Part shown: positions 31,776 to 40,389 of the stretch, piece by piece
How the letters are laid out: each line of letters starts with the position of its first letter
Numbering within the stretch: the first letter of the stretch is position 1
From: an uncultured delta proteobacterium
GTDB taxonomy: Bacteria > Desulfobacterota > Desulfuromonadia > Geobacterales > Pseudopelobacteraceae
DNA: 64,000 nucleotides
Direction of reading: 5' to 3'
Assembly (NCBI GenBank): GCA_963772835.1
Contig: CAVYYZ010000011.1
Coordinates: 288,001 to 352,000, forward strand
Notes under the pieces: model-generated
What the model was told of the DNA's origin: nothing
Seen by the model: only the letters and a program-made list of their open reading frames with translations
Databases searched by the model: none
Position numbers and translations under genes: made by a program

Positions 31776-33680
31776 TTAAAAAAACTCTTCCAGCCACTGA
31801 CTGATCATTGCTACTCCCCAGAGCATATCCAGTTCCATTTGAGGAGCACCATTTCTGCATGCCCTCTCGTGTCTGGCAACCAGAAGTTCGGTATTAAAAA
31901 GTCCCGTGTCCGTGAGTTTACAGCTTCCTAACCTTGTTTTGATGTAGTCCGCCCAACTGCCAACCATCCATGTATGATAGGGAATCTGAGAACCAAATGG
32001 CAATTTAGGCATGGTGAGAATTTCGTGAGGAAGCAAATTTTTGCACGCATCCCGCAGTACCATCTTGCCTCCTGCATCTCCGCGATGCAAATCAACTTTC
32101 ATTTCTGCCGGGATTCGCATTGCCAGCTCAATCATCTCTCTGTCAAGAAAGGGAGACCTGTATTCCAGTGAATGGGCCATGCCGATTATGTCCGGAAGAT
32201 GGACAAGGCTGTGATGACTTCCGACAAAGAGCTGTTGAAACATAAATCCGTCAAAGAGATTCGTACTCTGACATTCCTCATACGATTCCATAAGTAGAGC
32301 AAGAGGATCATTGCAACCGATTTCCCTGTTCATTTGTGGAGTGTATATTTCAGAACACAACTTTTGCACTTCAAGCCAACGAAATTCAGCAAGAACTCTG
32401 CTATTGGAAAGTCCTACGACGTTACGAAATTTTTGCCAAAAAGGTTTGAAAGAAGGGTTTGGCGAATTTTCTGCAATCCAGTCGATTCCGGCTTTACCCA
32501 TAGCATTCCATGATGGCAGATTCTTGTCCAGTTCGTATAGGATACGATGGTCTGCATATCCTCCGAACAGTTCATCCCCGCCGCTTCCGGATAAGGCAAC
32601 CTTTACACGACTTCCGATAAGCTTCGAAAGCGCAAAAGCGTGTAACGGCACAAAGGTGCCAAACGGTTCATCGAAACACTTTATGAACTCGGCTGCACTG
32701 GCAAGGTGAGAGTTGTCATATGTGAGTTCATGGTGTGTGGTGTTGCAGTATGTGGCCACGAGCCTGGCGGCTGCGAACTCAGGATCTCGTTCAGGGTTGT
32801 CGTAACTGACGCAGTAGGTTTCAAACGGGATGCTATTTCGGCTCATCATGGCGACAATGCTGCTGGAATCGAGTCCTCCGGAAAGGGTGGCCGCAATCGG
32901 TACATCGCTTCGGCACATGATTTTTACGGTATTCTCAAGGCATTGACGTACTTCAAAGGCGGCTTCATGCCGATCAGTTATTTTTGAGACATTCCGGGTC
33001 CATGGTTTCCAGTATTTTTCGCACGTAATCCCTTCGTTAGAAACAATCATGTATTCCGAAGGACGGAGCTTATGAATATGTTTGAACGGGGAATAAGGCG
33101 GGGGAATGGTTACATAATGGAGTCCGTAATGCAAGCCGATCGGGCTTATTTCTCTCGGTACCTCAGGTATTTTAAGCAAACTCTTAATTTCAGATGCGAA
33201 CGCAAACATGCCGTTACGGTAGTAATAGAAAAGAGGTTTTTCGCCTACTCGATCCCGTGCCAAAAATAGTTTTTTTTGTTTCCGGTCCCAGATAGCAAAG
33301 GCAAACATCCCTCTCAGAGCATCGAGACAGCTGACTCCGTGTTTAATGTAAAGGCGGAGCAGGACTTCAGTGTCGGAATCGGACGAAAATGTAACTCCGC
33401 TTTGCTCCAGATCCTTACGTAGCTCCAGATAATTATATATCTCACCATTGAATGTGATGGCATAATCTCCTCCATCCACCACCATAGGCTGATCTCCTCT
33501 GTTTGAGAGATCAAGTATAGCAAGCCTGCTTGAAGCAAGTCCGACGGAAGTGTCCAGATATATATCCGTCCCATCGGGTCCGCGTTGACGCAGCGCAGCA
33601 ATCATGGACTCAAGGATGCCCCTGTCAGGTGTTCTGGAGCTTTGTTCTGCCGGGAAGAAAATCCCACAGATTCCACACAT
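31776..33680 (-). CDS. AsnB-type glutamine-hydrolysing amidotransferase (asparagine synthetase/lasso cyclase family)
   Basis: Starts MCGICG (GGAG RBS); RGPD, FNGEIYN, SDTEV, ARDRVGEKPL, LSGGLDSS, SGSGGDELFGGY, RSPFLD. Confidence 0.93.
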   Translation of the reverse strand: MCGICGIFFPAEQSSRTPDRGILESMIAALRQRGPDGTDIYLDTSVGLASSRLAILDLSNRGDQPMVVDGGDYAITFNGEIYNYLELRKDLEQSGVTFSSDSDTEVLLRLYIKHGVSCLDALRGMFAFAIWDRKQKKLFLARDRVGEKPLFYYYRNGMFAFASEIKSLLKIPEVPREISPIGLHYGLHYVTIPPPYSPFKHIHKLRPSEYMIVSNEGITCEKYWKPWTRNVSKITDRHEAAFEVRQCLENTVKIMCRSDVPIAATLSGGLDSSSIVAMMSRNSIPFETYCVSYDNPERDPEFAAARLVATYCNTTHHELTYDNSHLASAAEFIKCFDEPFGTFVPLHAFALSKLIGSRVKVALSGSGGDELFGGYADHRILYELDKNLPSWNAMGKAGIDWIAENSPNPSFKPFWQKFRNVVGLSNSRVLAEFRWLEVQKLCSEIYTPQMNREIGCNDPLALLMESYEECQSTNLFDGFMFQQLFVGSHHSLVHLPDIIGMAHSLEYRSPFLDREMIELAMRIPAEMKVDLHRGDAGGKMVLRDACKNLLPHEILTMPKLPFGSQIPYHTWMVGSWADYIKTRLGSCKLTDTGLFNTELLVARHERACRNGAPQMELDMLWGVAMISQWLEEFF

Positions 33681-33821
33681 GCTACTCTCCTCCGGGCGTC
33701 TTACAGAGTATTGACGCGTCGGGGTCCGATTTAATGCACCGCTTAGCAACCTTCATGAGCAACCATTTGTACCACGTGCCGATGAACCCGAGTACATGTA
33801 GTATAATTTACAAGCATGTCG

Positions 33822-35963
33822 TTATTCAGAGAGTTTTTCCGCTACAAAACATGGTCGTCGGTCACCATGACGGTTGAACATCCCGAACTTTTTTATGTAT
33901 TGACAGATCTCTTCATCCGCAAGTATAGCTTTTTTGAACTCCTCTTCCGGAAGACGGAGCCATTTCTCCTTTTCAATTGTTTCCCAAAACAATTCAGCAT
34001 ACCTTTCCGAACTATCTTTCTCAAAAAACGTATCTGGAATAGTGAGAGACGTAAATGCTAATTCACTTACATGATTATATAACTTACTGCCGTCATCTGC
34101 CGATAGTGAGTTGCCAACTAATACAACTTCAAAATAGGGTCTCAGCCCGATTGGCTTTCGTAATGGAGAAATATTATTCAAGTCTCTAAATACCGCAGAA
34201 ACTTCTAAAACTTCATCTGATAGAGGCATTTCGTTTTCCGGTAGATATTCAGCGGGGAAGAAGGTTCTCATATGCCAGACGCCCAGTGTCAGTAATTCGG
34301 CCAGACGCGAGCGATTGCGAAAAAAAAGTGGTGGGGCAACAAGACGGATTCTAACTACACCGGCATGTTTGAGCATGACAAGAACATTGTACAAAAGTGA
34401 CGAATCCGGTTCTTCGCCAACCATCAATTCAACATCGCTGTTTGGGGTAACATTGTTAAGAGCATTCGCAACATCTTTTCTCGTGGCTGTTTCAGAGGCA
34501 GTCCTGCACCCATGGCACCCCTGGCTGCATTGTCCGCTAATCCAGATTGAATGGGTTTCGGTTGTGGAAGGCAGCTGATTTAATAAACCAGGGGTGTCGG
34601 AATAGATTGACTGCATCGACAAGTTGTAGCACGACTCCAGATCTTTTGAAAGTCGCTGGAAGAGCGTGAGATAGCGTTGAGAAAACCACGGAGTTTCGGA
34701 AACAAGGTACGGAGGATCCGGGGAAAAAACATACCCGAATTCATCGGCACGATGGCGCAATTCTGTACCGTTAAGAAGGCAGAGTTCATTGACAAATATT
34801 TTTATTGGTAATTCTCTCAGAACAAAATCAAGACCTTTTAAAAAGGAGAGCGGAGTCTCATAGGGGAGACCTAATATGAGGTAAATATTTACTTTTGTAC
34901 CCGTCTGTCGGAGCAGGTCGATGCCATGCCTAAACTTTTCCTCGTCATAATGTCGGTGAATGGCTTTTACTGTATCAGGATTAATGGACTGTAATCCAAT
35001 GTCAATGAATGTGAATGCTCGAAAATAAGGAACAACTTTTTCGGTGATATGCTCTGCATATGCCTCTACAGTGATATTAATCTTCTTGTTCTGTTCGCGC
35101 AGTTTTAGAAAAAAATCAGAAATTTTCTGAATCCGCTCCAGCTTCCCGTTGCAAAGAATCGGGTCCATGACGTGGAAATATTTTGAGCCTGCAGAAGACA
35201 TGTATTCGGCTTCCTGGCAAATTCGTTCAATGGAGCTGAGTCTGACACCACCTAACTTGTCGCCTTCAAAACAGAATGCACATTTATACGGGCACCCTCG
35301 GGCACCTTCCAGTAAAACGCCAAGTTTGTCTTTTCCATGGACAGGAACCAGTCCGGCCAAAATTGCTGAAGGAACATCATCAAGGGATGAGACCAGTTCT
35401 ACCGGTCGGGTGAATGAAGTCAGTCCATTGTTTCTAAAACGGAGCCCTGAGACCATCTGGGGATCCATTATCATGTTACTTTCGTTATCCCAGGCTCTGA
35501 GAAATTGACCAAAGGCAATTTCTCCCTCACCGTCAATAATATAGTCGATGGCAGGCGTAGTTAAGAGGTAATCCTCCACCGAATGGGAAACTTCCTGACC
35601 TCCTACAAGGATTTTAAGTCCTGGCAGCAACCGTTTCAATTCGCTGGCCAGATAAAACGATTCATTCCTGTTCCAGATGTTTATGGACATACCAACAATG
35701 CCCGGTCTCCATTCGGCAATACGCTCTGCGAGAAGGATAACCGGGACTTGCAGTTCTTCTTCTAAAAAACGGCAATCAAATTCGCCAAGCCTGGAATCAT
35801 TTTTGGCAACCAGACTTAATATCCTCACAGGTAGTGAGTAATAACCGGGGACGTTGAGGGCAATCAGGAGAACTCTTGTGCGGGCTGATGTAGCTGGCCA
35901 AATTTTGCCTGATATTTCAAGTTCCATCCGGTTCGTATTTTCAATTTGAATTTCTGTCTTCAC
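33822..35963 (-). CDS. B12-binding radical SAM enzyme with a second CxxxCxxC-containing C-terminal domain
   Basis: VGMSINIWN, GGQEVS, GEGE; ARGCPYKCAFC; IGLQS; LILGLPYET; second motif CSQGCHGC at aa 479-486. Confidence 0.88.
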   Translation of the reverse strand: MKTEIQIENTNRMELEISGKIWPATSARTRVLLIALNVPGYYSLPVRILSLVAKNDSRLGEFDCRFLEEELQVPVILLAERIAEWRPGIVGMSINIWNRNESFYLASELKRLLPGLKILVGGQEVSHSVEDYLLTTPAIDYIIDGEGEIAFGQFLRAWDNESNMIMDPQMVSGLRFRNNGLTSFTRPVELVSSLDDVPSAILAGLVPVHGKDKLGVLLEGARGCPYKCAFCFEGDKLGGVRLSSIERICQEAEYMSSAGSKYFHVMDPILCNGKLERIQKISDFFLKLREQNKKINITVEAYAEHITEKVVPYFRAFTFIDIGLQSINPDTVKAIHRHYDEEKFRHGIDLLRQTGTKVNIYLILGLPYETPLSFLKGLDFVLRELPIKIFVNELCLLNGTELRHRADEFGYVFSPDPPYLVSETPWFSQRYLTLFQRLSKDLESCYNLSMQSIYSDTPGLLNQLPSTTETHSIWISGQCSQGCHGCRTASETATRKDVANALNNVTPNSDVELMVGEEPDSSLLYNVLVMLKHAGVVRIRLVAPPLFFRNRSRLAELLTLGVWHMRTFFPAEYLPENEMPLSDEVLEVSAVFRDLNNISPLRKPIGLRPYFEVVLVGNSLSADDGSKLYNHVSELAFTSLTIPDTFFEKDSSERYAELFWETIEKEKWLRLPEEEFKKAILADEEICQYIKKFGMFNRHGDRRPCFVAEKLSE

Positions 35964-37054
35964 GACTTTCCTTTCATTTGTTTTGCTTTGTTGCCCGGTA
36001 AAGCGGTGGTAACGAGAATCTTCAGATCTTTCAACGTCAGAAAACGCAGAAGTTGCTTAACTTTTAGTGGGTACGTTTCGGCAACATCAAGAAGATGCAT
36101 TTTACGATTCAGATAGTGTTGTCTGGCATCTTGGCCAAGAGACTGTGTCGCATACGAAGTAAAAACAGATTCATGACCGGCCGGCAGAAAACCGCGGCTC
36201 CATGCAGTCCACCTACCGTGGTCCATGGTGAAAAGCCACTCAACATAAGCCAGAACAAACGCAATCATTCTTGACAATCGTGCATCTGCGGCCCAGCGCT
36301 TTATGTAATCCCAGTCGATGGTCTCTCGCCTCATGACTAATGCAATATCGACTGCCTGGGATATTCGATCCAAGTCATGATGCACAAAGGAATGGATGAT
36401 CAGTCCCAGTAATTCGTTTTCCAGGCTTAAACAACTAACTTTTCCCTGAGGAGTATCAACTGATCGAGTATCATTCAACCATTCGTGATAATTTGCAACG
36501 CCACGATAACGCCGGGGTGTTACATAACTCCAGTGGATTTCATACTCTTTGCCATGAATACGGTAAACAAGCTGGCTTCTAAGTATTTTTTCTGGCTGCA
36601 TACCCGCCTTGGCGAGAAGAGTCCTTACAACAGAGTGGGAATCAGGTGGGATGAGAATATCCACGTCACCCATCGGACGCATTACCGGGTCAGGATACAT
36701 TTCATACGCCATCCTGATCCCCCGGAGCACGGCCGCCGGAATCTTTCCATTTTCAAGTACAGACAATATACTTCTGGCCCCTTTAAGAGCCATGGAGGTA
36801 TCCAAAAAATTTTCAGCGCAAATACGATCCCATTTTAGGCGGATTTCATCGGGTATTTTATCGACAGGGATCAGCTGTCTACAGATAGCTACTAGCGCTT
36901 GATTTTGTGCAATTTTGTCAATTCCGTGCCAGTGCAGCTTTTCAGGGACTGAGCCTAATGGCTTTGCCTGTAAAAAAGAACCCATCAAATCCCTGATATA
37001 TTGACCCTCATTGGAGATACCGATGGTGAAACTATTTGTGCGGGACTCGGACAT
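35960..37054 (-). CDS. Nucleotidyltransferase (NTP_transf_5-like, lasso-cluster type)
   Basis: LRG..MAYEMYPDPVMRPMGDVDILIP, YEIHW, H..HH, IDW motifs. Confidence 0.85.
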   Translation of the reverse strand: MSESRTNSFTIGISNEGQYIRDLMGSFLQAKPLGSVPEKLHWHGIDKIAQNQALVAICRQLIPVDKIPDEIRLKWDRICAENFLDTSMALKGARSILSVLENGKIPAAVLRGIRMAYEMYPDPVMRPMGDVDILIPPDSHSVVRTLLAKAGMQPEKILRSQLVYRIHGKEYEIHWSYVTPRRYRGVANYHEWLNDTRSVDTPQGKVSCLSLENELLGLIIHSFVHHDLDRISQAVDIALVMRRETIDWDYIKRWAADARLSRMIAFVLAYVEWLFTMDHGRWTAWSRGFLPAGHESVFTSYATQSLGQDARQHYLNRKMHLLDVAETYPLKVKQLLRFLTLKDLKILVTTALPGNKAKQMKGKS

Positions 37055-37135
37055 AATCTCTCTATTTAATAAAAATGGATACTTTAATGCCGTTTTATAT
37101 CAAGATCATCACGAATCATGTTTCATTAAACAATG

Positions 37136-38206
37136 CTACAAGGAGGTAATTGTGCCACGTGCATGATCACGGGCCGAGTTAATAAGCCATTTCCCAAGAG
37201 CGACCGGGTCACTACCGGTATAAAGACGATAGAAACTTATCGAGTCAAGAATTTGATACATTCTGTCAAGAGCAATCCTAGAAATCGTCTGACATCTGGC
37301 AAATGTATGGGCACGTAAGAGAAAACCCAGAGACTCGCGAGAGGAAAGCCGTTCAACGTAAGGATCTCCTGGGCTTTTGTGGACGATATAGGCAACATTG
37401 AGAGGAACTTTTTCTTGAAAGCAGCGAGGGCCGTAAATATCCTGGGGAGAAAAGACGACTTTCGTTCCAACCGGAGTAGCTGTGTGCTTAAGATGAGAAA
37501 GTTCATCAAAAAATGATATGGTTTGATCAGTAAGATTAAGAGGTTCTGGAAAACCATGGAGGAGGAGTTTGTCGTCCTCTTCATTCACCATTACAAGGTC
37601 ATCACCGAGGAGCTTGGCCCCAAGCCGCATGAGGCTGAGAGAAGTCGTGGTTTTTCCACCGCCGGAATCGGCAAAAAGAAGCATTCCTGTGCCATCGGGA
37701 CAGGCAATCGCCGCAGAGTGAAAGAGTACGTGTCGATTATCAAGAATAATTTCCCGCAATAGCGGCACAAGCACAGAAGTGATGCACAACGTGGTCTCCA
37801 TGCACAATTCAGTCTCTATTGACGGTGCAGTCTCGCTGTAACTTCTCCTTACGGCAACAAATTCAATCCGTGAATACTCAGGCATGTAGTAACAGGCGGT
37901 AAAAACACCATCATGAGCATGGACAAAACCGATCGAAATCGTTTCTCCCTGTACCATCGTGGGTTCTGAAATTGCCTCTGTATCGTTGAGATACGGGGAA
38001 AGGAAATCCGGGAGAACTGTTGTCGTATTGTCTAACAAATCCCAAACGTGCATCTCAATTTGTCGGCAACAACTATCTGAGGAATTTTGAAACAGTCTGA
38101 AGAGGTTATCTACGGCCTCTCTCACTGGGGAAGGATTCCCAATCACTTTCAAAGCAAAATCGGGAAAATGGTACAGTTTTGGTGCAATTTGTGTGTTAAA
38201 TGACAT
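37136..38206 (-). CDS. HPr-kinase-like P-loop kinase (lasso-cluster peptide kinase type)
   Basis: FHSAAI...LFADSGGGKTTTS...LLGDDLV signature. Confidence 0.85.
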   Translation of the reverse strand: MSFNTQIAPKLYHFPDFALKVIGNPSPVREAVDNLFRLFQNSSDSCCRQIEMHVWDLLDNTTTVLPDFLSPYLNDTEAISEPTMVQGETISIGFVHAHDGVFTACYYMPEYSRIEFVAVRRSYSETAPSIETELCMETTLCITSVLVPLLREIILDNRHVLFHSAAIACPDGTGMLLFADSGGGKTTTSLSLMRLGAKLLGDDLVMVNEEDDKLLLHGFPEPLNLTDQTISFFDELSHLKHTATPVGTKVVFSPQDIYGPRCFQEKVPLNVAYIVHKSPGDPYVERLSSRESLGFLLRAHTFARCQTISRIALDRMYQILDSISFYRLYTGSDPVALGKWLINSARDHARGTITSL

Positions 38207-38279
38207 AAAACAAAGGGACCCAATTCATATTAGAAAAGTTCGTTAGTTTGTGATCTGAGAAATAAATATTCGAGGGCAG

Positions 38280-38319
38280 AAAATTCCCCACGGGATCGGA
38301 GAACCGATGCCGTGGGGAA
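38280..38319 (-). terminator. Strong stem-loop / terminator-like element downstream of the precursor gene
   Basis: TTCCCCACGG-G-ATCGG-AGAA-CCGAT-G-CCGTGGGGAA (plus strand), 15 bp with one mismatch, followed by TTTT on the minus strand. Confidence 0.75.
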
Positions 38320-38351
38320 AATGTCCAATCAGTAGGTATTGCAGGTACGCG

Positions 38352-38450
38352 TTAGTAGTAATAGTAGTAGTACGTGTAGTAGTAATACGTGGCGCTGACA
38401 GTTTCTAATGGCTTGTGGCAAACGAAACTCGGCTTCTCGTAAGGTTTCAT
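38352..38450 (-). CDS. RiPP precursor peptide, 32 aa: MKPYEKPSFVCHKPLETVSATYYYYTYYYYYY (not in ORF track)
   Basis: Translated by hand; strong RBS (AAAGGGGGTG) 6 nt before ATG; YxxPxF RRE-binding leader motif; directly downstream of PqqD and B2 genes; followed by a hairpin. Confidence 0.9.
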   Translation of the reverse strand: MKPYEKPSFVCHKPLETVSATYYYYTYYYYYY

Positions 38451-38475
38451 TTTCTTCACCCCCTTTCCTGTAGAT

Positions 38476-38805
38476 TTAACTCCCACTCTCAAAGACATCT
38501 TTTTGCATCAGACCCGTAATGAAGTCTAAAACATCAGGTTCTACTTCCTCGGGTTTAAGATTGTAATCCTGTGCCAGCAAAAGAACCAACTCACGCGGTT
38601 GTTTATTTTCACAGATCCCTTTCCATAAAAATTTGCCAGTATCATTGAGGGTAAAATACTCCCCGGATTTAAGATTTAATATGATAGTTTCATCATTAAC
38701 ATCCCTCCAGGAGACGTCACTTGAAACTTCTAAACTCTCAGGTAGAACGTCAAGTTTAATAATACGTTTCGCTATACCCTTACTTTTCATCTGCTCCTTC
38801 GTCAT
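38476..38805 (-). CDS. PqqD-family RiPP recognition element (lasso B1-like)
   Basis: DETIILNLKSGEYFTLNDTGKFLW...LAQDYNL...VEPDVLDFITGLMQKD; GGGAGGAG RBS before ATG 38805. Confidence 0.93.
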   Translation of the reverse strand: MTKEQMKSKGIAKRIIKLDVLPESLEVSSDVSWRDVNDETIILNLKSGEYFTLNDTGKFLWKGICENKQPRELVLLLAQDYNLKPEEVEPDVLDFITGLMQKDVFESGS

Positions 38806-38809
38806 TAAT

Positions 38810-39301
38810 TCACTCCTCCCTTTTCTTGCGAAGCATTTCTTTTGTATCAACTGATCCGGCCCAAAACTGTATACCTGTTTTAGATCTACCCAATGAAAAA
38901 GGGTATACAGTTTCAACCGCTTCTTTTTCGTGATAAGGAACATCATCAAGGGTCAGCCAGCAATGGCCATACACCGAAGCACTCCCCATGTTCCTCATGC
39001 CAATGTTTAAGTCAACAGGGCATCCGCCATGCCGCAATACAACTCCCCTAACATATGATTGAAAAAGACATGGCTGACTTGTTCTACTGACTAACAGTTT
39101 TGTACACCAATCAGCCAGATCGATTAGTTCCTGTTCTTCAGCAAACCGTGAAATAATTGTCAGTCGTTCCCCTGTAAAAGGAAGACGGAGCAGGGTCTGA
39201 TTAACGGTCGATCTGGCAATCTGAACTTTTATAATTGCAGTTAATGCATGAAATATCAGAAATAACTTACGAGTAGGATTTATGAAATACAAATTTGCCA
39301 T
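38810..39301 (-). CDS. Lasso-type leader peptidase B2 (transglutaminase-like)
   Basis: PCLFQS (catalytic Cys), LNIG, GHCWL (catalytic His) pattern; adjacent to the PqqD gene. Confidence 0.88.
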   Translation of the reverse strand: MANLYFINPTRKLFLIFHALTAIIKVQIARSTVNQTLLRLPFTGERLTIISRFAEEQELIDLADWCTKLLVSRTSQPCLFQSYVRGVVLRHGGCPVDLNIGMRNMGSASVYGHCWLTLDDVPYHEKEAVETVYPFSLGRSKTGIQFWAGSVDTKEMLRKKREE

Positions 39302-40353
39302 TTGGATTCGTGAAAAAGGGGTTTCAATTTTTTGATGGCCATTAAGCCGATTAAGTAAGTTGACATACTCTGATGCTAAAACTTACACACCTATTTCAAA
39401 GACTTTATGTCGCAAAATATGTCTAAATAAAATGCAAAAGTCAAAACATTTCTTATTTTATATAAATGTGTTTTAGATCGACTGGGGCGCCATAGTAAAG
39501 GCCTGAGAACGCTTGAATATCTGAAGCTGAGGTAAGATTGCATGTACATATAAATGCTACTTGCGAAAGCTCAGGACACTCATAAATTACCAACAGATTG
39601 GCGATTGTGTTTATTTAGCAACACATTTGTGCAGCAAAATATGGTGAGGGAATATCATATATTTCTTTAATAGTCTAGCTAGAAATAACGACTCAAGATG
39701 TTTAAGTTGAAATATAGTAGCGGCGGATTATTTTTCTTGTTTGTTTAATTAACTTCATGATGATATTCACCTAAATAAAATGAACCATTTCTTGGAGCCG
39801 AAGTCACAGGCTCTAGGCCAAAAAGGCTGGCCCAAAATTCCACCTCTCGACAATTTTGATTGCTCATTTGGAATGAAAATTGAGTGAAAGAATGGGAAGC
39901 CATAAAGACAATGAATTGATGTTATTGATGAATATAAAGTACATTCTGATATTTAGCTAAGAGTGACCTCACTATTTCACTTTAAGGTATATGTGTGAAG
40001 AGTAACCACTGGGGTTCTTACGCAGGGTTGATAGCGTTCATTACTGTTCTGGCAACATCCCGGAGATAATGGCAAAGAGCCGGGGCGGACCGACAGGAGA
40101 AACGCAATGAGAAAATTCATATTGTTGTTGGAGACTGGGCTGCTATCGAGCAGCGTTTTGAACAGTTGCTGGCTGTGACTGACCCCGGTGATAGTCCTGC
40201 CGGAGTCGAAAGTGCAGAAGATCTCGAAGGGCGGATCAAAAACTTGATGGTAGCCTGCTCGCCACCACCGCGCTGACCAGAATACTGAAAAGTGCGAAAA
40301 AATGCCGGGAAAAACAAAAAAACCCGAATTGATTTTAATCCCGAATAAACCAC

Positions 40354-40389
40354 AAAAAAAGCGGATTTACAAAGACTGTGAACCCGCTT
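40354..40389 (-). terminator. Terminator after tRNA-Gln
   Basis: AAGCGGGTTCACA-GTCTT-TGTAAATCCGCTT followed by a T-run (minus strand). Confidence 0.75.

Larger units (their letters stand above)
28884..39301 (-). other. RiPP biosynthetic gene cluster (lasso-type leader machinery, poly-Tyr precursor, 3 radical SAM enzymes)
   Basis: Nine co-oriented genes with short gaps or overlaps, located between tRNA-Gln and prs. Confidence 0.88.

Noticed and set aside
38352..38390. (TAG/TAC)n tract as a non-coding microsatellite or CRISPR-like repeat
   Set aside because: It is in frame within an ORF with RBS and leader motif, its interruptions are codon-aligned, and there is no repeat-spacer structure or cas gene.
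38352..38450. Spliceotide (tyramine excision) substrate, or a conductive aromatic 'nanowire' peptide
   Set aside because: Spliceases need a Tyr-Gly motif, which is absent. The conductivity idea has no support in the sequence beyond aromatic content.
38806..38949. Extended 157-aa N-terminus of the PqqD ORF in the track
   Set aside because: It overlaps the B2 gene; a strong RBS precedes ATG 38805, giving a normal-sized 109-aa RRE.
31776..39301. Calling the cluster a conventional lasso peptide BGC
   Set aside because: The only precursor found has no Asp/Glu after either plausible cleavage site, so no macrolactam is possible. I saw no second precursor in 33681-33821, 37055-37135 or 38207-38351.
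40030..40353. ORF 40117-40353 (-) and a plus-strand start-less frame ending near 40278
   Set aside because: No recognisable family and no convincing start or RBS; at most a decayed fragment.
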